64,000 nt of DNA from Candidatus Cloacimonadales bacterium (GCA_963662655.2 CAXXTU010000002.1:2144001-2208000), one strand, 5' to 3'. Shown: positions 38,173 through 48,687, numbered from the stretch's first letter. A program made the numbers and translations. Notes: a model not told the origin generated them from the letters alone.

Positions 38173-40026
38173 TTAGAAGTCCCGCGGAGGTCGCTTGATA
38201 TTGATCGCGACGCTCTTGAACTGGCCACCCTTACCCCGGATACTGACTTCGGGGAAATCGGGCGGAGGACTCTCCATGAAACGGTAGTCGTAGTGATAGC
38301 TTTTGTCGTAGCCGACGCCATCGTGGGTAGCCCCCGGGACGTTCTGTCCCCAGGCGTTCGTTCCATAGATATAGTTTTCAATATCCCAGTATGTATTCGA
38401 GTCCATGACGTCCGAACCGCTTCGATGGACGAATCCACGACGTACCTGGGCAACGGAGCCAAACAGGTAGATGACGCCGCGTTCTTTCCAGGGCCTCGAT
38501 TCAGGCCATATCGGATTGTACCAGGGATAGTCCGGCGCCATTGGATCCCCAGATACCGCAAAGATACCGTGCCCTGCAGGTGCAGGCCAGTAAGGCGGAT
38601 TATCCGGCGGATACCAGCAAAGGTGCAAATCGGGATAAGTGAAAACTTCCGTACCATGCCAGAAGTTCGGCGTGGCGAAGTGCGGATACTGGTATTGGAA
38701 CGAGAACACGCCATCCAGATGGGAGTCGCCCTCACCGTCCCCAAGCGCACACAGTGCGCCATAGATATAAATATCGTCACAATTGTAGTGGTGCCTTGTC
38801 GAGTCGGCAAGAACATCCCGCAATCCATATTGAATCAGGATGCTTTTCTCGGACACGATTCCGAGGTAGTCGGACGTGTTCAGCGGCTCGTCGCCGCTTC
38901 CGTCGGGGGCTTCACCCATTGTTGTTCCCGAGTACCAGATGTTGTCGACGAGGTAAATGTTCTCGGCGCAGCCCCAAGTTTGCGCGCCCATAATCGGGCC
39001 CTTGATCCAGAGCTCATCATAAGCGAAAACGGAGCTTCCGGACGGGATATTACCGGAGTTGCCCATCGTCCAGGTCGTATCGACAAACTCAATGAGGTTG
39101 TAACCGATTGAATCGCCGACTTCCCCATATGGCGGGTACATATTGTAAACAAAAAGTGTTTCAGGCTGGGGAGGATACGACTTCGTATCGATGTCCCCGA
39201 AAATTACGTTGTACGTTTGGCCGTTGAATTCGACATAGATAATTTCATGCGTAGTCGATGGTCCATCGCCAAACGGTTTCATACTGTTACGCCGCAGCTC
39301 GACAGCCGAAGGATTGAATTCTATCACCCCGGCGCCTTCCGTGTAGCCATCCAGGAACGCCTCATCGTAATCGATGGTTCCGCTCGGCGTGCAGAATTCC
39401 CCTGCCGTACTCACGTGATCGTGAAACGTTGGCCAACCGCCAATGTTTTTCATCCAGATGTCCGTATTGCTATGGACGCGGCCCCAAATCTCATCGTAGC
39501 CATAGAAATAGACAGGGTCGTCGTTCACGGATTCGTCCGTGTTGGTGAGATACATGTATCCGGCAAACGTCTCCTGCTGTAAAATTCTTTCACCGTATTT
39601 CTCGATGGGCGATTTGTTGACAGTGCCGTAATAATTGGTATTGGTGGGGGCTAATCTGAAGCCCTTGATTTTTGTACGTATCACGCGTCGGTTTGCTGTA
39701 TTCATGCCACTTGAGGAGGTATATCTTCCAAGTTGCGTCTTCATGGCGTAGGTCGTTTTCGAAATGCCATGATTGATCTGCACCTTCTTGATCGGTAGCA
39801 GATAGACATCCGATGCTCCCTGGTACTCCAGGTTTGTTCTGACGCCCCTGGTCACTTCGGATCTAAGCCAGTGCAACTCTTGCGTTGCATCCAAACACAT
39901 CAGGGTCGATGTGTGATCACGGGCAGCGACCAAAGACAAAGTTAAGCCTGAAATGACTGCCAGGATAGACACAAGGATCGATATTGCTAAGTCCCCTCTT
40001 TGATTCTTAAGCATTTTCATCCACAT
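38173..40026 (-). CDS. Large PilX-like minor pilin paralogue 1 (DUF4900-like)
   Basis: Start trimmed to MWMKMLK (GGAGG RBS). NQRG|DLAIS leader and the same motif set. Confidence 0.7.
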   Translation of the reverse strand: MWMKMLKNQRGDLAISILVSILAVISGLTLSLVAARDHTSTLMCLDATQELHWLRSEVTRGVRTNLEYQGASDVYLLPIKKVQINHGISKTTYAMKTQLGRYTSSSGMNTANRRVIRTKIKGFRLAPTNTNYYGTVNKSPIEKYGERILQQETFAGYMYLTNTDESVNDDPVYFYGYDEIWGRVHSNTDIWMKNIGGWPTFHDHVSTAGEFCTPSGTIDYDEAFLDGYTEGAGVIEFNPSAVELRRNSMKPFGDGPSTTHEIIYVEFNGQTYNVIFGDIDTKSYPPQPETLFVYNMYPPYGEVGDSIGYNLIEFVDTTWTMGNSGNIPSGSSVFAYDELWIKGPIMGAQTWGCAENIYLVDNIWYSGTTMGEAPDGSGDEPLNTSDYLGIVSEKSILIQYGLRDVLADSTRHHYNCDDIYIYGALCALGDGEGDSHLDGVFSFQYQYPHFATPNFWHGTEVFTYPDLHLCWYPPDNPPYWPAPAGHGIFAVSGDPMAPDYPWYNPIWPESRPWKERGVIYLFGSVAQVRRGFVHRSGSDVMDSNTYWDIENYIYGTNAWGQNVPGATHDGVGYDKSYHYDYRFMESPPPDFPEVSIRGKGGQFKSVAINIKRPPRDF

Positions 40027-40100
40027 AGTGCCTCCAAATGACTGATGACTTCCAACAGCAGAGATATTCTGCTCAGTAATATTATTCAATCCGCTCATTA

Positions 40101-40700
40101 TTATCTAACTTTTATTCTCGTCTCGAAGTGTACTTGCTTCACCAGATCGTCACCAATGTCCATTTCGGCGTCGAGGTGTACCCCGATGAGTCTCTCGCCA
40201 CCGTTAATCCAGTCGCTATCGGTGAAATACAGGTTCGTTACCCTGATATCATCTGCGTGTTCTACCGGGAACACGGTAATTGGTGTCGAAGGATGATCGT
40301 TGCCATAACGATAGTTCGCTTTGACTGCACGATCGCCAGAATCATAGTAGAATTCGACGTAATCGCTATGGTGGAGCGTTTCCACGCCCTTGAACGAACA
40401 TTTTATTTTACGGAAAACATTCATGGATGTTTCATCGTAAAAGAAAACTGTATCGGCCACCATGATTCCGAGGAATTCTTGCGAGTCGGATCCTTCGATA
40501 ATCATACCGTGCTTGAATGTATGCATGGTATCAAACGCGTCGTTTTGAAGGTCAGCGTACATATTGAGCTGTTCAAACTTAGAGAAGAAAATCGCTATTC
40601 CGACACCCGCCATGAAGATCATGATCCCGGTGATGGTCAGTGCGACGATCAATTCGATCAACGTGAAGCCACGATCATTTGTGCATTTCAAGTTAAACAT
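40101..40700 (-). CDS. Minor pilin (PilW-like)
   Basis: DRG|FTLIELIVAL prepilin motif with E5. Confidence 0.8.
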   Translation of the reverse strand: MFNLKCTNDRGFTLIELIVALTITGIMIFMAGVGIAIFFSKFEQLNMYADLQNDAFDTMHTFKHGMIIEGSDSQEFLGIMVADTVFFYDETSMNVFRKIKCSFKGVETLHHSDYVEFYYDSGDRAVKANYRYGNDHPSTPITVFPVEHADDIRVTNLYFTDSDWINGGERLIGVHLDAEMDIGDDLVKQVHFETRIKVR

Positions 40701-40702
40701 CC

Positions 40703-41140
40703 TTATGAATCAGTTTCGAGGAAATAGTCTTCTCGAAGAACGACCTTTTGGTTTTTCTTATTCGCTGGATTCTTCCAGCTGATCGTAACCTCGACGGCAT
40801 GGAACTCCATGGAGGCGAACCCTGTGGAGGAATCGGTATCCATCCAGGTACGCATGCTGATCGTGCCGTTGAGGTGATGGCTGCCATCTTCGTCGATGGT
40901 GACGGTTTTAGGTACAAATACTCTCGGGTTTCCTGTCCTCTCGATGCGGAGCATCTGATGGTCGAGCTCACCGGAAGCAAGCAGGATCGCGACCCTGTTG
41001 TGGTAATTTTCCACCAGGGTCGCCTCTGCATATAAAATTCCAATGTACAGCCCGATGAAGGCGATCAGGATAATGATGCCTTCCAACAGAACCGATATCA
41101 GTGTAAAACCGCCATCCGATTGTAGAATGGGTTTACTCAT
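40703..41140 (-). CDS. Minor pilin (PilV-like)
   Basis: DGG|FTLISVLLE prepilin-like leader and C-terminal VEVTISW motif. Confidence 0.72.
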   Translation of the reverse strand: MSKPILQSDGGFTLISVLLEGIIILIAFIGLYIGILYAEATLVENYHNRVAILLASGELDHQMLRIERTGNPRVFVPKTVTIDEDGSHHLNGTISMRTWMDTDSSTGFASMEFHAVEVTISWKNPANKKNQKVVLREDYFLETDS

Positions 41141-42195
41141 TAAAAACCAACTCCGGTTACGAACATTTTGTCGTTATCTGCTGCACGCTCCGCTGCGGAA
41201 CGGTCCAGCAACCCGTTCATGACCAGGTTGTAAAGGGACTGATCCAGGGACTGCATACCTTCTTTGGTACCAGACTGGATAACGGAAGGAATCTGATAGG
41301 TTTTTTCTTCACGAATCAGGTTTCTCACCGCCGCGTTTGCAATCATGATTTCAGTTGCAGGGACGCGTCCCTTTCCATCCTTCTTCGGCATCAGTCTCTG
41401 TGCGATGACAGCTTCCAGGGATTCTGAAAGCATCGATCGTACCTGAGCCTGCTGCTCCTTCGGATACATGTCGATAACACGGTCGATGGATTTGGTCGCA
41501 CTGCTGGTGTGCAGTGTGGCCAGCACGAGGTGGCCGGTCTCAGCCGCTGTAAGAGCGAGAGAGACAGTCTCCAGGTCGCGCATCTCACCCACCAGGATCA
41601 CATCCGGATCTTCACGAAGCGCCGAGCGAAGCGCTGCCACGAACGACCAGGTGTCCCTTCCCAGCTCGCGCTGGTTGATCAATGAGTTCTTACTCTTGTG
41701 TACGAACTCGATCGGGTCTTCGATCGTAATGATGTGGCAGTAGCGGTTCTCGTTGATCGTGTCGATCATCGATGCGAGGGTGGTGGATTTACCACTACCG
41801 GTTGGTCCTGTTACCAGGATCAGGCCCTTTTCCTTCATGGCAAGCTTGCGAAGGATATCGGGAATGAACAATTCCTCAAAGGATTTCACTTCGTTGGGGA
41901 TCACGCGGAATGCAGCTGCAAGTCCGTTGATCTGGTGAAATGCGTTTACACGAAAGCGCACTTCGTTGTCGAGTTTCGTTGAGAAGTCCAGCTCCAGCTT
42001 TTCCTTGAAGATAGCCCTTTGGGATTCATTCATGACACCGAAAATCAGGTCTTCGACTTCTTTCTGCGACAGTTTTGGAAGGTTTAGGGGCTTCATGAGC
42101 CCGTGAACCCGCACCATCGGTACCGAATCCGTACTGATGTGGAGATCGGAAGCTCCGGCATCAGATGTGAATTCGAGCAGTTTTTGTATAGTCAA
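41140..42195 (-). CDS. pilT: Type IV pilus retraction ATPase PilT
   Basis: ASDLHI, RFRVNAF, GPTGSGKST, ALREDPD, GHLVLATLH, AVRNLIRE, GMQSLD. TTG start. Confidence 0.95.
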   Translation of the reverse strand: MTIQKLLEFTSDAGASDLHISTDSVPMVRVHGLMKPLNLPKLSQKEVEDLIFGVMNESQRAIFKEKLELDFSTKLDNEVRFRVNAFHQINGLAAAFRVIPNEVKSFEELFIPDILRKLAMKEKGLILVTGPTGSGKSTTLASMIDTINENRYCHIITIEDPIEFVHKSKNSLINQRELGRDTWSFVAALRSALREDPDVILVGEMRDLETVSLALTAAETGHLVLATLHTSSATKSIDRVIDMYPKEQQAQVRSMLSESLEAVIAQRLMPKKDGKGRVPATEIMIANAAVRNLIREEKTYQIPSVIQSGTKEGMQSLDQSLYNLVMNGLLDRSAAERAADNDKMFVTGVGF

Positions 42196-42210
42196 GAATT
42201 CCCCCTGTGG

Positions 42211-42633
42211 TTATTCTTCCTCGTCATCCGAGTATTCATCAACTCCCCAGCCAAAGAAGACAGCTTCGTCTGTGTCATAGGTAACTTGATGACCTTCGCC
42301 TGCCGGATGATCTGCTGTAGATGTGGCAACAAACTTCTTGGGTGGGTTGCCGACGACTTCAAAATCCCAGTTTTTTTCTGTTGATTCGCCAAGCTGGCAA
42401 TCTTCCATTGCTTCCTCTACAGTGTAATCATCGGTGTTTCCGAATTTCTGTCTGTAGATGTTATAAGCGTTGCGGATTGAACGAATTGCAGATTGAGGTT
42501 CGGTTGCACGAGCCTGCTCCACGTAACGCATATAGATAGGTACCGCGATCGCCGCAAGGATTGCCACGATGATAACGACAACAAGGATCTCAATCAGTGT
42601 AAATCCTTTTTGGGTTTTCAGGAACTTTGACAT
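42211..42633 (-). CDS. pilA: Major type IVa pilin
   Basis: QKG|FTLIEILVVVIIVAILAAIAVPIY. Strong RBS AAGGAGG. First gene of the locus. Confidence 0.88.
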   Translation of the reverse strand: MSKFLKTQKGFTLIEILVVVIIVAILAAIAVPIYMRYVEQARATEPQSAIRSIRNAYNIYRQKFGNTDDYTVEEAMEDCQLGESTEKNWDFEVVGNPPKKFVATSTADHPAGEGHQVTYDTDEAVFFGWGVDEYSDDEEE

Positions 42634-42674
42634 TTTTCCTCCTTAGATTTGGTTTTTTTATGTCGTGTTTTGAA

Positions 42675-42692
42675 TTGCAAATAATATTCCAA
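42675..42692 (-). promoter_or_regulatory. Putative sigma54 (-24/-12) promoter of pilA
   Basis: Minus strand TTGGAAT-ATTAT-TTGCAA gives GG-N10-GC about 45 nt before the ATG. Confidence 0.6.
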
Positions 42693-42874
42693 CACGAATT
42701 CCATTCGATGTCATTTACTAATATGCACCGTGAAATTGTAAAGATAATTTGCAGAACCTTTACCGTGGGCCGCCCAATTTATTCCTTGACGGGAATACCA
42801 AAGATTTTTGTAACTTCCAAATCTAACGAGCGTTTGAATACAAAAACGAATAGATCACGTAAGAGGAGAAACTT

Positions 42875-44884
42875 ATGAGGTGTTCTTTCAAAGCGATGTT
42901 TTTCATTCTCGGCGCCTGCTTCATCTTCGCGAATGTCGCGTTTCTGCAGGCTGAAGAACTCAAAGAAGACGAGGTACTTGCCGAGTACGACGGCGGCAAG
43001 ATAACCAATTCGGACTTAGACCAGAAACTCGAGAAGATTCCCCCGATGCAAAGGAATCGTTATGAGACCATCGATGGCAAGAAGCAGGTTCTCGACGTCA
43101 TTTGCACGGAACGCATGTTTTACATGGAAGGGCTTGAGCTCGGAAAAGAAAACGATCCGCAGGTTCTCGAACAGATCGACAGCAAGACAAGACCCATTGT
43201 CATCCGCTCATACCGCGAAAACGAGTTCAAGAAAGGCCTTGTGATTTCCGATGAAGAGAAGCGCGCGTACTACGATGAACATCGGGAAAAAGATTTCCGG
43301 GAACAACCGCGCTATGCTATCATGTACATACGCGTGGAAGACTGGGACACGGCTCAAAAAGCGCAAGAAATGTTCGAGGAAGGGAAAGACTTCGTCGACG
43401 TCATGAATATGTACTCGGACAACAAATACTCCCGTGAACGCGGTGGACGCATCGATCGAATCCGCAACAACGGATATATCCCGGGAATCGGTCGTGACGC
43501 CGTTCTGGACAGCCTTATCGCGAACGCTTCCATGAATGAATTGATCGGGCCGGACTCCACCGAGACCGGTATCCACTTCTTCAAGGTCGTCGATTTCCAG
43601 CCGGCTCGATACAAAGAGTTTGACGAGGTTGCCGACACGATCGAGCAACGCATTCGTCCGATCAAGGAAAGCGAACTGTACATGAGTGAGACGGAGAAGC
43701 TTTTCAAGGAATTCAACATTGTGATTGACAACGAGGCGATAGAGGCTGTAAACTTCAATGACGATTCACTCGCAACGGAGGTTCTCCAGCAAAACGTTGT
43801 GACCAGCAGCAATCCTGAATTCGTATTCACCGTTGCCGATCTCAAGGGAATGCAGAAAGAAATCAGCGCGGAGCAACGCGCGCAATTCAGCGACCCCAAG
43901 GCTCGTGTCAGCATCGTGAAGAAGAATCTCGAAGACCGCGTGTTCTATTTCGATGCGAAACGAAAGGGATACCTGGATTCCGAAGACGTGAAAGAGTCCC
44001 TGGAGCAAATCCGCTACGCCGCGATTCTTCGTGCCGCGTACAACGCACAGGTGATGGAGAAGGTGGTCGTTACCGACGAAGACATTGCCCGGCTGTACGA
44101 AGAAACCAAGGAAAATTACGCCGTCAAGCCGACTCGCAAGATACAGACTTTCCACTTTGAGACGGAGAAGCAAGCCAGTAAGGCCCTGAAAAAAGTGAGG
44201 AAGTATGCGAAGAAGGATCAGCAGGACAAGATCGCAGAGCTGATACAAGAGTCGTCTTTGTTTACACGGAATGATGGAATAATTGACAACATCAGAGACA
44301 ACGGGCTGATTCCAAACGTCGGCAAGGATGCAAACTACTCCGCGCTCGTTTGGTCGACAGAACCCGGCGAGTTTTCCGAAGTGTTCGAAGGTGCGAACGG
44401 CGAATTCGTATTCTTCCATGTGCTGGAGGAAACTCCACTCACCTACAAGGATTTCGAGGAAGTGAAGTCCACGATATCCTCCAATGAATACCGCAAACAG
44501 GTTCGCGAGAAATTCGAAGCCTTCACAAAAGAGCTGGAAGAGAAATTCCATCTGGTCAAATATACGGACAAGCTGGACATGAGCCTTACCGCGAAGGAAC
44601 TCTTCGATATGGCCGAGGACGCCCAGAAGCGTAAACGCTACAACGACGCCGTATCCTACTACGATCAGATCATCAAAGTATACAACAACGGCGCCGACGA
44701 TTATAAGGCAACCTTCATGAAGGCGTTCCTTTACTCGGAAGAACTTAAAGACACGGACAAGGCAAAGGAACTTTTCCAGGCTGTCCTCGACAACTTCCCG
44801 CAGGGCGATCTGCATGAGTCGGCTGAATTCATGCTCCAGACTCTGAACGGCGAAGTGAACTTCCTTGAAGAGATCAAGGAATAA
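42875..44884 (+). CDS. Exported SurA/PrsA-like chaperone with two parvulin-like modules and C-terminal TPR
   Basis: Signal peptide, duplicated SurA-N plus rotamase-like segments (YSDNKYSRERGG...ETGIHFFKV), TPR-like C-terminus. Confidence 0.75.
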   Translation: MRCSFKAMFFILGACFIFANVAFLQAEELKEDEVLAEYDGGKITNSDLDQKLEKIPPMQRNRYETIDGKKQVLDVICTERMFYMEGLELGKENDPQVLEQIDSKTRPIVIRSYRENEFKKGLVISDEEKRAYYDEHREKDFREQPRYAIMYIRVEDWDTAQKAQEMFEEGKDFVDVMNMYSDNKYSRERGGRIDRIRNNGYIPGIGRDAVLDSLIANASMNELIGPDSTETGIHFFKVVDFQPARYKEFDEVADTIEQRIRPIKESELYMSETEKLFKEFNIVIDNEAIEAVNFNDDSLATEVLQQNVVTSSNPEFVFTVADLKGMQKEISAEQRAQFSDPKARVSIVKKNLEDRVFYFDAKRKGYLDSEDVKESLEQIRYAAILRAAYNAQVMEKVVVTDEDIARLYEETKENYAVKPTRKIQTFHFETEKQASKALKKVRKYAKKDQQDKIAELIQESSLFTRNDGIIDNIRDNGLIPNVGKDANYSALVWSTEPGEFSEVFEGANGEFVFFHVLEETPLTYKDFEEVKSTISSNEYRKQVREKFEAFTKELEEKFHLVKYTDKLDMSLTAKELFDMAEDAQKRKRYNDAVSYYDQIIKVYNNGADDYKATFMKAFLYSEELKDTDKAKELFQAVLDNFPQGDLHESAEFMLQTLNGEVNFLEEIKE

Positions 44885-44908
44885 CATATAGAATTTAAAC
44901 AAACAAAT

Positions 44909-44939
44909 AACGGGATTGAAAAGTTTCAATCCCGTTTTT
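44909..44939 (+). terminator. Intrinsic terminator
   Basis: AACGGGATTGAAA-AG-TTTCAATCCCGTT-TTT. Confidence 0.85.
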
Positions 44940-44999
44940 CATTTTGCTTGACAACCCAATGCTAAACGGTTGAATTGATTACAAAAAAGGAGGTAGAAG

Positions 45000-45980
45000 A
45001 TGTTTCTATCTGGATCCGAACTTAAAAAGGTGTTTCTTAAAGCAAAGAAAGAACGTTTTGGAATCATCGCCTCGAATGTCGTCTTTGACGGCGTAATTCG
45101 TGGCGTTATTCAGGGATATGAAGCCAAGAAATCTGACGGTCTCCTTCAAATGAGCAGCGGTGCGGTAAAATATGCTGCCGGTATGACAGGCGACATCCAG
45201 GTCGGCGCTCAAATGATCTCCAGCATGATCAAAATCATAGCAAATCAGTATAAACAGTCCGGAGTAGGTTTACATATCGATCACGCAACGCCCAACTATT
45301 TCGACTTCATCGTTTACTGTGTCGAGAACGGCCTGGTTACATCCGTCATGATCGACGCGTCCAAGGAAGAGCTCGCGGAGAACATCCGCATCACGAAGGA
45401 AGTGGTGAAAGTCGCGCATCAGCACGATGTCCTCGTTGAAGGCGAGATCGGCTACATCAAGGGCGAGGAAGACGAGATCGTCTCCGACACCGAGCTTTAC
45501 ACGAATCCGTCGGAAGCGCTCGAGTTCGTCACCAAGACAGGTGTGGACCTCTTCGCGGCGTCCGTGGGAACCAATCACGGCGTCACCAAGGGAGCGAAAA
45601 TCGTCCTCAACCTCGACCTCATCAAGAAAATCGACGACCTCTTGATCTCCAAGGGCGTCGAGACCGGTATCGTCCTTCACGGCGCATCCGGGCTCACCGA
45701 CCAGCAACAGATAACGGCAATCCGTAACGGCGTTGTGAAAATCAACAAAGACACGCAGTACCAGATGGACTTTGCCGAAGCAATCCAGGCATACTGGGAA
45801 AAGAATAAAGACAGTATCGTGAGGCCGACTGGCGTATCGGAAGACGACTATATGCCCGACAAGAAGCGCTTCGATCCGAGAAAGTGGATCGCTCAGGGCG
45901 AAAACCTTGTCCAGAAGAGCGTGGAATCGCTTGTAACCGTTTCGGGTAGCGCCGGACACAGCATTTTTCTCGATAAATAA
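45000..45980 (+). CDS. fba: Class II fructose-bisphosphate aldolase
   Basis: HIDH, VMIDAS, EGEIG, SVGTNHG, VLHGASG, KINKDT. Directly upstream of gap. Confidence 0.85.
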   Translation: MFLSGSELKKVFLKAKKERFGIIASNVVFDGVIRGVIQGYEAKKSDGLLQMSSGAVKYAAGMTGDIQVGAQMISSMIKIIANQYKQSGVGLHIDHATPNYFDFIVYCVENGLVTSVMIDASKEELAENIRITKEVVKVAHQHDVLVEGEIGYIKGEEDEIVSDTELYTNPSEALEFVTKTGVDLFAASVGTNHGVTKGAKIVLNLDLIKKIDDLLISKGVETGIVLHGASGLTDQQQITAIRNGVVKINKDTQYQMDFAEAIQAYWEKNKDSIVRPTGVSEDDYMPDKKRFDPRKWIAQGENLVQKSVESLVTVSGSAGHSIFLDK

Positions 45981-46988
<1,008 letters not shown>

Positions 46989-47007
46989 TCAAACGACTTC
47001 ATACAGC

Positions 47008-47037
47008 AAAAGGGACGACGCAATGTCGTCCCTTTTT
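47008..47037 (+). terminator. Intrinsic terminator after gap
   Basis: AAAA-GGGACGAC-loop-GTCGTCCC-TTTTT. Confidence 0.88.
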
Positions 47038-47355
47038 CGTTAACGTGTGTATTGCCTGTTATTCTCCGATTCGTAGCATAAGAAATTCCTTATGGTGATT
47101 TGTGGCGTTTTCGGAGAATAAGGAATCATTGTATGATGGCGACTCATGGTCGCCTACCGCGATCAGGACAGCGATGGTTCCGAGGGACGGGGCTGGTAGT
47201 CGCGTATCTCGCCAAACGATGGCTTCTGGTGCCGTTTTCTCGTGTTGTCTTGCTGCAAGCTGGCTTCAACGACCTGCAAAGAATACCTAATAGATCGGTA
47301 TCAGGATATCCGTTTTTTCAGGCTGCTGAAGGATAAACAGTTAAAAAGCTTCTTA

Positions 47356-48687
47356 TCATTCTTCTACTCGTTTATAATCAGCAGGGATTGGAATCAGTTC
47401 GCGGCGTGAAGAAAATCCAAGTTCAGATAGGCGAATCCTGGTTGATAGCGAAGAATTATGGAATTTTTTAGGAGAAACACGCGTGTTCAAAGCGGAAATG
47501 CTTTGATTCTTTGAGTATAATGCTATGACATCATCTTCCGTCATTTTTGTTATGTATTTGATCTTGCTGTTCCTGCTTTTCCTGAATGTTATCTGGTAAA
47601 TGACATCCGATTGTTCTGAAACGTATTGTTTCAGTGAATCGATAAACTCATGAAAGCATGGGCTATATATTGCTACAGCATCGAAATAGGCTTCTTCAGA
47701 GTAAAGATATTCATCATAAAAACATTCCGATTCTATAGCAAGTGGTTTAAGCTTATCAATAAGATTCTCTTCGCTGAAATTCTGTGCTTGATCGATAAAA
47801 GCGTTATCTCCCAGATATCCAATATTGAAAAGTTGCTTATAGTCATCAAGCCAGCCTTGTATCTTCTCATCATCGACGTATTTCAGTTCTACACGCATCT
47901 TAAACTGGGTCTGCATGATAATCGGATTATGCCATTTAACCGATGATCCATTTTCTATCTTTTTTGTATATGCGACGACTTGCTCCACATCCAAATTGCT
48001 GTGCATGTAAACGGTTCGGAATTTCTGCCCATTGCCAAGAATGGAATCAACTTCTGTAACATAGAAAGGAGACGAATGGACGATAATGTAATCGCCGATG
48101 TCAGTCTTGGATATATCTTGGGGTTTCCTGCTTAGGATAGAGAAGATCGTTGAATCGCTAATGCTCTTTTTCAGCAATATCCCATTACTTGCTTCACGTT
48201 CTTTGAATGTCTCTTGTGATTCCGTATGTTTCGAATGATTATATGTGGTAATCAGGCTGTCATTCATATTGAAGATGTAGTCATTCTGGAGTTCGTTACT
48301 TAAAGCGCCCAACAAAGCAAAGTTTGAGTTGGTTGTGTAATAACTCCTTTCGTGAATACTCCTATTGTCGGGGTCATAGATCATTTTAATGTTTGCATCG
48401 ACAAGGAATTGGATCGTTTTCCCTTTTAGGGCGTGATTAGTTATTTCTGATAACGTGGAGGAGATTGTTTCCATGCATGGATATCGCAATGTATCTTGAG
48501 GAGTTGTGAACTCATTAGAGGGAGGTCCGCTACTCACAGGAATGTAATAGTATTCCGGTATTTTTCCAACGCTGGACATTGACCCTGTGATACAGCCGGT
48601 CAGCGAAAGAGCAAAGAAGGCTAATCCCAGCAAGAAACGAATAGTATAAACGTCGTTCCTGGATATGAATGTTTTTCTGTTATTCAT
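47356..48687 (-). CDS. Hypothetical lipoprotein, AT-rich
   Basis: Lipobox LTG-C after a hydrophobic stretch. Start trimmed to MNNRK behind AAGGAG. No family recognised. Confidence 0.65.
   Translation of the reverse strand: MNNRKTFISRNDVYTIRFLLGLAFFALSLTGCITGSMSSVGKIPEYYYIPVSSGPPSNEFTTPQDTLRYPCMETISSTLSEITNHALKGKTIQFLVDANIKMIYDPDNRSIHERSYYTTNSNFALLGALSNELQNDYIFNMNDSLITTYNHSKHTESQETFKEREASNGILLKKSISDSTIFSILSRKPQDISKTDIGDYIIVHSSPFYVTEVDSILGNGQKFRTVYMHSNLDVEQVVAYTKKIENGSSVKWHNPIIMQTQFKMRVELKYVDDEKIQGWLDDYKQLFNIGYLGDNAFIDQAQNFSEENLIDKLKPLAIESECFYDEYLYSEEAYFDAVAIYSPCFHEFIDSLKQYVSEQSDVIYQITFRKSRNSKIKYITKMTEDDVIALYSKNQSISALNTRVSPKKFHNSSLSTRIRLSELGFSSRRELIPIPADYKRVEE

Noticed and set aside
34455..40026. 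Shufflon or diversity-generating retroelement acting on the three tip paralogues
   Set aside because: All three are full-length, co-oriented and diverged throughout. No recombinase, reverse transcriptase, inverted crossover sites or adenine-specific TR/VR pair was seen in the window.
43766..44929. 387-aa minus-strand ORF
   Set aside because: Antisense to the well-formed PPIase-like gene, with no recognisable domain. The same applies to other long antisense ORFs such as 38131..39111, 50568..51467 and 5581..6450.
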